Made by a program: the position numbers and the translations under genes. This document shows, piece after piece, positions 14,989 to 30,639 of a stretch of DNA of 64,000 nt. The notes below the pieces were generated by a model. It worked only from the letters and a program-made list of their open reading frames with translations. It made no database searches and was not told where the DNA came from. The stretch lies in NCBI RefSeq assembly GCF_009914755.1, contig NC_060928.1; one strand, written 5' to 3'. This DNA comes from the human T2T-CHM13v2.0 reference genome, Homo sapiens. Position 1 is the stretch's first letter; each line of letters starts with the position of its first letter.

Positions 14989-15224
14989 TTGAATATAATT
15001 TGCAATGCTTCCTTAATATATAATATTGTATATGTTAATTTCCATACCCATAGGATTAAGTCTAATATGATGTTTTATAGTGTAGGGGATAGAATGTATT
15101 TAAAATCCAGTATAACCCACATATTTTATCAGATAGCATTGACAGACCCCATCCAAGGCTAAACACATGATTTTTATTAATAAACGAATAAATAATTATA
15201 TTCAAAGGCTTTTATATGAGAATA

Positions 15225-18144
15225 AAACTGTCTCTCCATATTCTGTGGGTTTCACATCTATGGATTCAAAAATCACAGATTGAAAATATTCAAAAATAAT
15301 TAAAAAATAAAAATAGGGTTCCAGTTGAAGATGGCAGGCTAAAAGCAGCTAGTGGGTGTCTCCCTCACTGACAAGAATCAAAACAGTGAGTAAATATTAA
15401 CACTTCAAGTAGATCATCTAAGAGAGCACATGGAGTTTATCAGATAAACAACAGGAATCATAGAAAATAGGAGCGTGAAACCAAGCAGCCCTCTGAGTTT
15501 AGCCTGGCATGGAGCTGGGAGAGGAGCTGGGAGAATCTCCCTAATGCAGGAAAGGGATGAGTGAGTGACTCCTGGGGCTCCACACAATCAGAAATGATAA
15601 AAGTGAAATCATAACTGATACCACAGAAATACAAAAGATCATCAGAGACTACTATGAGTACCTCTACATGCACATTCTAGAACACCTACAGGAAATGAAT
15701 AAATTTCTTAAACTATAAAACCTCCCAGTACCAAACCAGGGAGAAATAGACTACTGAACAGACCAATAACAAGTAGTGAGACTTAGTTGGTAATAAAAAA
15801 AATCACCCAGCAACAACAACAACAACAACAACAACAACCAAAAAAAGCCCAGGACCAGATGTATTCACAGCTGAATTCTACAAGAACCATGCAGAAGAAT
15901 ATGTACCAATCCAAAGTATTGCATGTAATCGAGAAGTAGGGCTTCCTCTCTAACTCCTCATTCTAAAGAACCAGTATTATCCTGATAACAAAATCAGGAA
16001 AGGACACAACAGAAGTAGAAAACTACAGGCCAATATCCCCAATTAAAATGAAAAAATCCTTAACTAACTACTAGCAAAGTAAATACAAGAGCTCAGTAAA
16101 AACATAATACCTCAAGACCAAGTGGGATTTATCCAGGGATGCGAGGATGGTTCAACATATGTAACTCTATCACGTTCAATAGCTACAAAATATAAAATAC
16201 CTAGAAATGTATTTAACCAAGTGAGTAAAAGATCTCTACAAGGAGAACTACATAAGCACTGATGAAAGAAATTGTAGATGACACAAATGAGAAAACATCT
16301 GATGCTCATGGATGGGAAGAATCAATACTGTTAAAATGACCATTTTCCCCAAAGCAATTTACAGGTTTAATGCAATTCCTATCAAAGCTCCAATATTTTT
16401 TACATAATTGTAAAAAAATTCTAGAATTTATATGAAACCAAAAAAAAGCCTGAATATCCAAATCAATCCTAAGCAAAATGAACAAATTCGGAAGCATCAC
16501 ATTACCAGACTTTATAGTATATGATAAGGCTATAGTGAACAAAAGTCCATGGCACTGATACAAAAAAAGACATATAGAAAAATGGAATAAATATACAACT
16601 CAGAAATAAAACCACATACTTGAAACCAACTTATCTTTGGCAAAAGTAACCAAAATAATCAATGGAGAAAGGACACTTTATTCGATAAATGGTGCTGGGA
16701 AAACTGGGAAGCCATTTGAATGAAACTGGGCCACTACCTAACACCATATACAAAAATTAACTCAAGATGGATTGGAATCTTAAACGCTAGACCTGAAACT
16801 ATGAAAATCCTTGGAAGAAACCTAGGGAGAATTTCATCTGCATATTGGCCTAGGCAAAGAATTTATGACTAAGTCCTCAATAGCAAATGTAACTAAAAAA
16901 TAGAAATATGGGACTTAACTACAAAACTTCTGCACAGCAAAAGAAATAATGAACAGAGTAAACAGGGAGCCTGTGCAATAGGATAAAATATTTTCTAACT
17001 ATGCATCTGAAAAAAGACTAGTATCCAGAATCTAGAATGAACTCAATTCAACAAGAAAAATAAAATCCCATAAAAAAGTGGGCAAAAGTCATCAACAGAC
17101 ATTTCACAAAGAAGACATATAAGTAGCCAATAAAAATATTTTAAAAATGCTCAACATTACTAATCATCAAATAAATGCAAGTTGAAACCACAATGAGATA
17201 CCCATCATTTTACACCAGTCAGATGGCTATTTATAAAAAGTAAAAAACAACAGATGTTGGTGAGGATGCAGAAAAAAGGGAATATTTGTATGCTAGTTTG
17301 GAGGTAAATCTGTACAACCTCTATGGAAATCATATAGAGATTTCTCAGAGAACTAAAAATAAACCTCAGTTTTGACCCAGAAATTATACTGCTGAGTATC
17401 TACCCAAAGGAAAAGAAATCAATATATTAAAAAAGACACCTGTACTTGTGTGTTTATCACAGCACTATTCACAATAGCCAAGATACGGTATCAACCTTGA
17501 TGTTCATCAATGAATGAATGGATTAAGAAAATGTGTTTTATATATATACATAATAGAATACTGTGCAGCTGTAAAACAGAATGAATCATATATTTTGCAG
17601 CAACATGGATGGAGCTAAGGCTATTATTTTAAGTGAAATACCTCAGAAACAAATCAAATACTGAATGTTTTTACTTATAACTGGGAGAAAAAGAATGGGT
17701 ACACATGTGCATAAAGATGAAATAATATTAATAGATACTTGAGACTCTTAAAGGAAGAAGGGTAGGAGAAGGTTGAGGGTTGAAAAATTACCTATTGAAT
17801 TCAATGTTCACTATTTGGGTTATGGGTATACTAGAAGCCTGAACCTCACTATTATACAAAATATTTATGTAACAAACCTGCACATGTACTCCCTGAATAC
17901 ATAATAAAACAAATAAATAAATTACAATAACAATGCAATAATAAAAATAATACAAATAAAAACACAATATAACAATTGACACAGTATTTCATTAGGCACT
18001 ATAAATAATCTAGAAATGATTTAAATTATACAGGAGGTTATACGCAAATACTATTCCATTCTATATAAGGGACCTTTGCATCCATAGATTTTGGTGTTTG
18101 GAGGGTACTAGAATCAATCCCATGATTATACCAAGGGAGGACTG
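15225..18144 (-). mobile_element. MER2/MER2B TcMar-Tigger DNA transposon, split by an L1 (pieces 15225-15315 and ~17920-18144)
   Basis: ctccatattctgtgggtttcacatctatggattcaa left part; aataatctagaaatgatttaaa...gattataccaagggaggactg-ta right part ending at a TA site. Confidence 0.85.
15316..17918 (+). mobile_element. L1PB4/L1PA16-like LINE-1 with 5'UTR and 3'UTR but internally deleted
   Basis: 5'UTR (gaagatggcaggctaaaagcagc), ORF2 remnants (ccaggaccagatgtattcacagctgaattctac), 3' end gagggttgaaaaattacctattg...aacaaacctgcacatgtactccctgaat plus A-rich tail. Confidence 0.9.
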
Positions 18145-18537
18145 TACTCTGCATCTTATAACTACACAATTTGGTGCATCCTAATACTATGATAATAGTT
18201 ACAATAAGTGACAACTAATATTTATTGCTTTCTTTATCTTTTAGCTATTTGATTGTTAAAGAAGTATGTTAGAGACCCCTGATAACATTTATTACTTTAT
18301 AGCACTGTAAAAAGGTAAGAATGGTCTTCACCAAACTGTTTTTAAAGTCAATGTTGAGTTGGTAAATTATGTTGCTATCCTAGTAATTAAACTTATAACC
18401 AGTCTCCTTGATTTTTTAAGTATAAAGACATTATTTTAGCCTGTAGTGTATCTTTATATTTAAATACTTAAGGGTATTATTTTTCCCCTATAAAAATTCT
18501 ATTCAGGTCTAGCAGAAATAAGAAAGGCATGTATAAT

Positions 18538-20490
<1,953 letters not shown>

Positions 20491-21289
20491 ACCATCTCTT
20501 GAATCTGGAAGGAAAACACTACCATCAACAACAAGATTGTGCCAATATGATATTTAATAGAGATAACAAACCTAAGAGGGGCACTAGTATTATGACCAGT
20601 TTACACCAAGTAAACACAATTGCAGCTTCTGCACTTAAAGCTTTCCTGGCTGTGAAAGACAGCATGGTTCTATCTCAGCAGAAGTAGCTTCCTTGGCAAG
20701 CCACTTTCCTAGGGTGCCTCAGTAGTCTTTCTTGAGAGGTCAGACCAAGTCTCTCCAGTTCTTAAAAACTCCCTTAGGTCACTTAATACACTTTAATAAG
20801 TTGCTTTCTTCTGAAATCACGAATGGATTATGTTTTCTGTAACTACATTCTGGTGTGTAAAACATATAAGAAAATAAAGACAAAGCCACTTCACATGTTT
20901 TAGACTTGTTAATTGCAGTCAGAATTTGAATTCAGTTGGTGTGAGTTCAGAGTCTAAAATGTTTACTTATATAGCCTTTGCCAGTAAAGTATTTTAAGCA
21001 TATCGAAAATGGACAAACAAGTGACACATTAGGAGGAGGCCCTTGGGAAATCTCATTGGGACCTAACTGAATTTCAGTAAAGTTCATATGCAATTAAATG
21101 CAGTGTCACAAAGTTATTCCCAAGTAATCTCAGAAATATAAAAACATATGAAATGTTTTTCAAAAAGATGAATGGACAAAAAACCCTATTTGAAATCACT
21201 GTACTTAATATACAGTTTTTGAGTTATTTCCCTTTATTATAAGTTCTCATACTAAATAAAATAGTGACAAATTCATTAAAATCATTGCT

Positions 21290-21915
21290 TAGAAATAACC
21301 CAGAAGGAACAATAAAGAAACAAAATACAAAGATAATAAGCAGAGAACATATTTTTAAAGATGGTAAATATAAATCCAAAGATAACTATAAATACATTGA
21401 ATGATAAAGGGGTGCCAATTAGAAGTCAGAGATTGTTAGAATATAAAAAGGAAAGACCCAATTATAAACCATCTTCAAAATCTGTACTTTAAATGTGAAC
21501 ATATAGATGGCTTGAATATAAATGAATGAAAACAGATTTGCCATAAGCATGGAAAAAATCAGGAGGCTGGAGTGGTTATACTAATATGATATAATATAGA
21601 CTTCAAGAGAAAGATTATCTTCAAAGATAAATAGGGACACTTCATTATAATAATAAGTTAATTAGGAAGACACAACAATGATAACATTATTGTTTTCTAA
21701 TAACAGACATTCATATTATTACATGAAAAAAGATTAGCAGAATTAAAGAGAGCAAAAGACAATTCCTAAACCACAAGAGAGAAAATTAACACCCCTTCAT
21801 CAACAATTGATAGAACAACCAGATAAAATAATGTAAATAAGTAAAACAATAATAAAGACATAGACAATCTGGACAACAGTATCAACCATCTTGATCTAAT
21901 AGGCAATTATAGATA
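21290..21915 (+). mobile_element. Old L1M ORF2 (endonuclease region) fragment
   Basis: A-rich L1 motifs: gtcagagattgttagaat, aaagacccaattata, atagacttcaagag, caacaattgatagaacaaccaga. Confidence 0.7.
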
Positions 21916-22407
21916 CTAACTTTTTCCAGGAAACTTCTTTTGTGGAATTTGTATTTAAGGCTTACACTTTGACTTTTATACTAAATGTATAAGGTTAAAT
22001 AAGCATAATAGTCTCGGTGTTTACTTCTTAATTTAAACATAAATATAGGAAGTAGGTTCTTAATTAATAATCTCAAATTCTGACTAGAGGGTAGTAAGTT
22101 ACAACATATTATGAAGCAGAAAAATGGTCACCCATTTTATATTTACCCTTGAGTAGAAAAAATTATTTCATAAATCTTAGGCAATTTCAGAAATTTCAAA
22201 ATTTTCTTTTACTTAAAGAATTGGAGGAAACTTGATTTTTTGTGAGAACAATTTTCTCATTTTTAAAATTATAGATTCATAGTAAGTTGTCTCTGTAGGA
22301 CAGATAAGTCTTGCAAACAAACTCTTACAATTTCCCTTAACAGTGGCACATTATATCACTGTAGTACAACATGAAAACCAGGAAATTGGCATTGGTACTT
22401 GTATGGA

Positions 22408-22415
22408 TGTGTGTG

Positions 22416-22450
<35 letters not shown>

Positions 22451-22451
22451 G
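22408..22451. repeat. (TG)n microsatellite, one interruption
   Basis: Read directly. Confidence 0.95.
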
Positions 22452-23220
22452 GTTCTATGTACTTTTATCACATATGTAGAAAATTGTTTGGAATGCTTAG
22501 ATATGATCAGATACAGAGCTATTCCATCACCAAAACATATCTTGTGCTACTCCTTTACACTTACACCCATCCTTTTCTACTCCCTGAAACTTAATCCTTG
22601 GCAATCACTAATTTATTTTTTATATCTATGTAGCATGTGAATTTTGCAGGTTGGCATTGAATGAATGAACTTAACATTGTAACTTTGAGATCTACATAAT
22701 TGTATGTATCAATGGTTTTTTTTATTGCTAAGTAGTAGTCTACTGTCTTAGTTCTCTCTTCTGTTCCACTGATCTATGCATCTATACCTCTGATAATAAC
22801 AGTAGACTGCATATATGAACAATCTTTACTAAACTGAGGAAGTTCCCATATGCTCTTTGTTTTCTGAGAAATAGTACAATGGATGGATGTTGGATTTTGT
22901 CAAATTTCCGTATCAGTTGATAGAATCATGTGATTTTTTTATTTGCCCTATCACAGTTACATATGCTGATTGATTTTTAAAAATCAATACTTAAAATGGA
23001 TTTTAAATTTAAAAACGTAAAGACTGATTTTTCTTGCATACCTGAAACAGGCATTTCTTGGTCATAGTATACATACGTTTCATACTTGATTATTTCTATT
23101 TGCTAATACTTTGTTAAGGATGCTTTTTACATCTGCATTTATGATGCTGGTTGGTCTGTAATTTTCTTTTTCTTTTATTTGTCTTTTCTTTTTCTGATTT
23201 TGGCATCAGGGTATTACTGG

Positions 23221-23692
23221 TGTTGTGGATTGAATTCTGCTCCCCACAAAATATATGTTGAAATTTTAACTCCTAGTACCTCTGAATGTGACCTTATTTC
23301 TGAACCGCTTCTTTAAAGAGATAACAAGGTTAAAGTGAAATAATTAGGGTGGCTTAACTCAATATGACTTATGTCAATATATAAAGAGAAAATTTGAACA
23401 TAGACACAACCACTCACAGAGGAAGGGCAATGTGGAGACACAGGAAGAATATCATGTGGAGATGGAGGATTAAAATGATACATCTACAAGTCAAGAAATG
23501 CCAAAAATTGCTGGGAGCATACCAGAAGCTTGGAATATACCAGAAGGAATTCCTGTTGGGTTTCAAAGGGAGCATGCTTCTGACAATGCCTTGATTTCAG
23601 ACTTTTAGACTCCAGAAATATGACACAATACATCTCTGTTAAGTCACACAACTTATGGTGCTTTGTCCCAGGAGTCATAGGAAATGGATACA
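23221..23692 (+). mobile_element. MLT1B/C MaLR solo LTR inserted in an L1
   Basis: tgttgtggattgaatt...ctctgaatgtgaccttattt...ataggaaatggataca; TSD actgg/actgt. Confidence 0.9.
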
Positions 23693-26369
23693 ACTGTCCT
23701 CATAACATGAGTTAGGAAGTGTTCTCACTTTTTCTATTTTCTGGAAGAAATTTTGTAGAATTAGTGTTGATTCTTCTTTAAAAATTTGGTATTACCCTTT
23801 AGTAAAGCCATCTAGGCCTGGATATTTTTTCTTTGAGGGTGTTTAAAATTCTGAATCTAATTTCCTTAATAGAGAGTTATTCAAACGATCCATTTCATGT
23901 CAAGGAATTGTGGTAGTTTGTGCTTTTTGAGGAAATGATTCATTTCATCAAAGTTGTCCAATGCATGCATGTAGAATTATTTGTAGTACTACCTTATTTT
24001 CTTTATGATGTATTCAACATGTGTAAAGATGTCCTCTGTTTCATTACTATGTCTTACCATGAATTTCTTTGGGTTTATCTTATTTGGTATTTACTCAACT
24101 TCTTGAATCCATAGGTTTATGTCTTTTGCCAAATTTGGCAAATTTCTGGTTATTACTACCTCAGCTACTTTTTCAGCCTCACAGTCTATCTTCTTCTTCT
24201 AAAACTTCAATGTTACAAACATTAGATATTGTGTTATGGTCTCACAGGTCTCTGAAGCTCTGTTCATTTGTTTTTAGATTCTGTGCATTTTTTTGATTAT
24301 GACTTTTTTTCTTTTAAATTTCTATTATTTGTTTCTTTATATCTTTTTTTCTGAGTTCTATTTCATTGCTGAAAGTTTATTTTTAAACGTTTTAAGTGTG
24401 TTCAAAAATGCTAGTTAAAAAGTCTTTATTATGGCCTCTTTAATGTCCATGTCAGATAATTCCAGCATCTCTATCATCTCAATGTTGTCTGTTGATTATC
24501 TTTTATCATTCAAGTTGAAATATTTCTGCTTCTTGTTAAAATGAGTATGTTTCCATCACTTCCTGGATATTTAGGCTATTATGTTATGAGACCCTGGATC
24601 TCATTTAAATCCTCTGTTTTAGTAGGCCATTCCTGGAACCACACTGGTAATATGAGGAAAGTGATGCTTTATTACTGCTTTGTAGGGGTAGAAGTCAAGG
24701 TTTCCCACTCAGCCTCTGGTGACATTTCAGGAGAGCGGAATGGTGCCTCATAACTGTTGGGTAAGGGTGGAAGAAAACTCTCTACTGAACTGTTGCTGCC
24801 ACCATCCTGGCTACAAAGGGAGAAACACCTAAATACTCCTTCCCCTGTGGCCTCCACTGACACTGTGTGGGGATGGTTCTTTCCTGTCTGATGGAAATGA
24901 AGTCCCAGGTCCTGATTTGGGTTTATCAACTCTCTCACCCCAGTATGGGCAAAGGTCTTTGCCGAAAGTATGAGGGTGGGGCCACTGTTTCATTCTGCTT
25001 TATTCATGGTATTTAGCTGAAGTATGATGGTTATTGTCTAAAAGGTTTTTGTCTTGCTCAGCTGCCACTTTGCTTGTCCTTTTATAGAAGGAGAAGTCTT
25101 TTCTGAGGTCATTTTCTGCCTGAGATTTCCAGGACCCTGGTGTCTCTAACACCAAGTCCAGGATTATGAGGTAAAAAGAAAACCCAAGGACTTACCATCA
25201 TGTTTCTCTTCCATTCTGAGGTCCCTAGGCAATCTGCTTTCTTATTTTCACCTTTTAAAAGCTCTCTTTATATTGCTTTATATGTAATGCCCAGCATTTT
25301 AATCTGTACTTAGCAGAACTAGGAAAAAATACATCTACTCCATCTTGTCCTGGAACCAGAAGCTCTGTAGTACCCTTTAAAATGTTATTTCTTGTCTCCT
25401 ACCCCTGCTCGCCCTACTTTAAGAAAAAGAAATTTTCATTAAAGAAAGAAAATAAGCTACAAGTGAATCAATAAAAATGCTGTGGGGAATGACAATATTA
25501 ATTATTCTAGCAGAAATAATTAATTACATAATTAATATAACAGCAGAAATAATTTTAAATTCTAGCAGAAATAATTAATTATAAAATAATTATCATATAT
25601 AATATCTATTCATATGTATAAAATATCTATTCTTACTTTGTGGGTTAGTTTGATCTATCTTTGCCTCTTCAGGCATTATTCCAGTGCCCTGTCATGATTT
25701 GCTTACATTTTATTGTCTTCTTTTTTTAAACATAGTATAGTCTCTTTTTTAAAAAGGCAGTATAATCTTTTAAAAGTTCTGTATTTTGTGTACTTAAATT
25801 CTTCGAAGAGTCTCTTTAAATGCAAGACAGAATAATTTTATTTAGTATTTAATTGATTGATACCAAACTGAATTTAGGTTACTTGAGAGTTTTTTTTTTC
25901 CCTCTTAGATCCCTGCCCAAAATGTTTACTATTACATATTTACAAATCAAGGGTACATTACTACCATTTTTCTAGTGACTTTCAGAGTAAATATTTCTTC
26001 TTACTCATTTAACTTGGAATCTGGGAATAATTGAGGCAAAAGAAAATAAAAAACTCATATCAAAATATCACATTTTTGTGTTGCAATCTCTCAGGCAGAA
26101 ATTAGGTGCATACTGAATCACTATATTATAGAAATAATAGTAAAGCATGTATAAAGTTATTGTATCTAAATGGCAAAAGGGACTTAAGAAAACAAACATT
26201 CACTTTCTCTTTTCAGTAACAAGTATAACTGTAATGTTATAAAAATAGTTTTGTAATTTATCTTTTAGGGAGCACTGACATTCAGTAAGAATGCATTTTG
26301 TTTGTTCAAAAAGGGCATTAAAGCTATTTATGATCTGAACTTGCTATTGCAGAATTCTAGATTATAGCT

Positions 26370-26560
26370 ATAATTTATTGGCCACCTACAATGTAATTTT
26401 CATATGTATTATAATTTAACTCTTAAAAAATACTTCAGAGAAATTAATTCTGTTTTACTTATGAGACAAATGTAGTTCAATGAATTTGAGTAACTTTCCC
26501 ACTGTAACAGTAGGTATTAGAACCAAGGTCCAACTCAGGCCTTTTTTGTTCAAGACTCAT
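26370..26560 (-). mobile_element. MIR SINE, degenerate
   Basis: ttctgttttacttatgagacaaatgtagttcaatgaatttgagtaactttccca. Confidence 0.5.
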
Positions 26561-27714
26561 TGTACAATGGAGAACTATCTTTCAATATTATTAATTGTCA
26601 CCTTAAATAGGGTTCATTAGCTATTTTAAGATTATTTTGTTTACCGAATAATATTTAATTAAAAGGCATATTTGAAAATATTACTTCAGCTTTGATAGAT
26701 CTTTCTATTTTTTCTTTTTATAGAGATAATGATATGTGTACAAGTTATTTTTTAAATAAAGTATAAGTAGCAGTATTCTTGTAAAGGATGATGTTTCATA
26801 AACATAGAAGAGTGACAAAGCAGATAATTCTGAATTCCTGTTGCTTCCTTGAGGACAGATTTATGATGATGTGATGATAGTTTTCTTTTCTTAATGCTTC
26901 AAAAGAAATTCATGTGAAATATATCTGAGCAGTTTTTGAACAGAGAATGCCAAAATCTGAAGTAGAAGAGAAGTGTGAGCAATGTCCTCTGCTATTAGAG
27001 TATTAACCAAGTATATCAGGACTTTAAACTTATCAGATATTTATTTCAAGTGTCATTTCAAAAGGCATAATTCTACTATTTTTAAAAAATAAAAATAATA
27101 CAGCCCCCTCCCCCCAGGCTTAAAGATATGAAAAACTCCGCTTTTGTCTACTTTTCATGCTCTTCTGACTTCCTTCTCATATTGGCCTATAGGGAGAATC
27201 ATTTTACATCTGCTTAGTTCCTAGGGATTGTTATTATGCTTCTTTTTAAGAGATATAAGGTAACCCATCTTAGAGAAAATGAAAAACTGTCTGTATCTGC
27301 TGCAAAAAACTTGATGACACTGAATTTATGATGCTTGGGAGAAGACTCAAACTGAACAAATTTACGTTTGTTTGGAGCTAGTCTTTCTTTGAGAATTTAT
27401 AACCCACCACTGTCAAATTCCAGAGAAAGTGAAAAGTTATGTTAAATTTGTATTTTATATTTTAAAATTTTGATTAAGTAAAAAATTCATTTTATATTTT
27501 GTGGTATAAACATGCAAATACATATTTGAACACAGTAGGCTTAAATTTTATTTCTTGATGAAAAACTGCAGTCCAATGATGGAGAAAAATAGAAGACAGA
27601 AAAAAAGCCATTTGAAATAAAATTATTATAAAATTATAACCAAAAATTTCTGTTAAACCATAAGCAAATTGCAATATTTCAAGTGAGACTTTTTCCATGA
27701 TCTTATTATCACTA

Positions 27715-27960
27715 CTAGTAATAATGATTGTTAACGTTTATGGTGTGCTTACCACGTCCATTCTCCTAAACATTTTATACTAATTTTCTAATTTATTTCT
27801 CCATACTCAATTTATTTCTTATACAGAAGAAATTGAAAATATTTTCATTTTATAGATAACAAAATTGAGAATTTGAAAATCTAAGTTCCTCACCAAGTTA
27901 GAAAGAGACTCAAAATTTGAACACAGCTGTACACCAAAGCCTGCATTGTGAACATGGTAG
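27715..27960 (-). mobile_element. MIR SINE
   Basis: taataatgattgttaacgtttatggtgtgcttacc...ttcattttatagataacaaaattgagaat. Confidence 0.6.
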
Positions 27961-29376
27961 TGTACACCCTGCAAATGGTGCTGAGGCCAATACAGATATA
28001 CACACATTAAAAGATAAATCCCATTTTATACTTTTTTCCTAACTCTGTTTTTACTGATTTGCACTTTTCGGTTATTATTTATGAACCCTGACCGGCCTCA
28101 GAATAAATAAATGTCTTTGCCTTCATTTGACATCTAATAGCCTCTTGGCATTTTCAATCAGAATTAGAGAAAAGCATAATTTCCCAAGCTGCTTGTGACA
28201 GTTTAAACATGTAGTCTAGAGAGGAAAAAAGAAAGGACTTCCACTAGTTATATAAAATCTCAAACAGTAATATTTATTATTGATATGTTCAGGGCCCCAC
28301 TGGATATCACTATGCTGTAGCAACAGCAAAGAAATGCAGAGACTAGTCGTCAAAATAATGGAATAAAGCTAACTCTTTCTTTAGAAAATATTTCAAGAGT
28401 ATTTTATCCTCTGCCTCGAAGTGCAATATAGCTCTACACAATTTTGTTGACTAGAACATTCATGATTCTGTCCTGCAAATATTTTCTTTGGTGATTCAAA
28501 TTAACACACTTTAACACTACAGCCAAATATTGTTTCTGATATGCATTGACTAACAGAAAACCACTCACAATTTTTGAAGCATTGCATTTTGATTGTTTTC
28601 ATGTGTTTTAGTGGGAAGATAAAAGAAGTTGTATCAAAGACTGCTTATCATATGATATTTTAAATTGGAATGCTTACTGAAATCTCTTGACTAAAGCAAA
28701 ACTGAAAATAAACTAGCATGTGACATTGCCTCACTAGATATCTCTTTATTCCAAGGTATAGATTCCAATTATATGTTGTTTTATATATTTTAGAAAAAGC
28801 AAAGGAACTCAGAACGTTTACTGTTCATTTCATATATGTAGAGAGATGTTCAGTCTTGAAGGATTGTGTCAAAATTACTCTTGCAGATTCAAAAATACGG
28901 AACACAGATTCTGCAAAATGAAGTTCACCTCAAGAACATATTCAAAATCTATTACCTTGAAGCCTGATGCTGTCAGTGCAGATGGAATAACCTGACAGCT
29001 GGTGGTCAAGATATCCTGGTATTCATGATGCTGGTGAAGTTGAATAGCTGAACTGTACTTTGATTGGTAAGAAAATGATGTCTCAAGACACTGCATCTTA
29101 TCCACCATTACTCATTAATTGCCTCAGAAATTTTAGCTAATTTTTAAATGCAAATAACTGATATAGTTTCTACATTGTTTTCTCACAAATGCTTTTATGA
29201 AAGGTTTTGAGAGTACATATTTTTAAATGCAAAATTTATGGTCTATGCTCCTAGAAGTGCAGTTATACAGTTACTTACATCTTTAAAGCAATCTGTTTTC
29301 AGAAAACGATTGATGAATAACTTGCTTTATTATCTAAGTAAAATAAAAGGTTTAAGGGGTACCCTTTTTGTGTGTG

Positions 29377-29474
29377 ATTTGCACCCTTTTTTTATTTGCA
29401 TTGTAAAACTAGATATGCACCTTTTGTTGTAAAGACGTACATGAGCATATTAGCTTCCATTCAAATTCCTTTGA

Positions 29475-29507
<33 letters not shown>

Positions 29508-29602
29508 AGAAAGCGGGGAGAGAGAGAGAGAGAGAGAGAGACAAAGGGACAGAGTCAAAGAAATTTGTATGAATGCAAGTCAATATTTGCACCTACCATT
29601 TT
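29377..29602. repeat. Copy 1 of a duplicated palindromic element (hairpin 29437-29596, (TC)n/(GA)n core)
   Basis: 41-bp block 29395-29435 is identical to 32010-32050; arms gtacatgagcatattagcttccattcaaattcctttgattct and agagtcaaagaaatttgtatgaatgcaagtcaatatttgcacctac are imperfect reverse complements. Confidence 0.9.
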
Positions 29603-30639
29603 AAGTGAACTATACCTCTCTCTCTCGTGTGTGTGTGTGGGTGTGTGTGTGTGTGTGTGTGTAAAAGAGAGATGGAGGGGGAGAGAGAGAATACATTTTT
29701 CAATGGCGTTGCATTTCTCAGTGGGCTCAATAGAAAGGAACATTATGTATAACTTTGGAGACTACTAATGCTTTATGAAGTGAAAATTCAACTACTCTAA
29801 TGTTTATTGACTGGAGTTCTCAACATTCTTCCTAAGCAGAGTCTTTGTAAACTTCCACCCTTTATAGGTTTATTATTTAGTAATTGATGATGCAACTTCT
29901 GATAGGTCAATTATTTCTCATCCAAGCCCATTAAAACCCTTGCATTTAGAAACATCAGAGCTCTTAGAATTTTATATCATCATGTAAAATAATTTCTCCA
30001 AATTTATCAAATTCTTCATCACTTAACACATTCATTTTTTTAGCAGGCTTTTAGAAGAGACATACTATCTGCTCTAAACTAAGTAAATATTAGATTCAGA
30101 CAAGGTATTAAGAGGCAAACACACTCTCCAGGAATTTGTAGTCTAGTACACAGACAGCATTGGATTTAGGATCAGACACAATGTAATTGCCATCTGTGCT
30201 CCAACACTTACTTAGATATGTGACTTAGAGATGTTCTGAAGAAAAATTAGATAATATTTGTAAAATGCTTATTACACTCTAAAGTACAAGATAAATAGTA
30301 AATAAATAGGATTTTTAAAATTCAATAATTTTATTCAAATATAGATATGCTACTAATGGAATGACCTTAAAAATTCTTATGTTTCTGATGAATTGTACGA
30401 CAAATATTCTAACCATTGATTTGTCTGCATATATTTTTTCTTCAACTTAAAATATTACAGAGGACAAATGAGGAATAATATTTCTTACACCACTAATATT
30501 GTCCAGGTTGAATAATTTTGAATTTGTAAACATACTTGTTTACATATATTTGGCTTTGTAAAAAGACATCTCTTTACAAGTTAAAAGATTATACTAAAAA
30601 GAGAAGGTTGTTACATATTTAAGGTTAACTTTCTTAAGT

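Larger units (their letters stand above)
22260..25370 (-). mobile_element. Old L1M (L1MC/MD/ME-like) fragments, antisense
   Basis: 3'UTR-like start (atagattcatagtaagttg), ORF2 motifs (ctgaggaagttccc, atgagttaggaagtgttc) and ORF1/5'-like sequence to ~25370. Confidence 0.7.
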
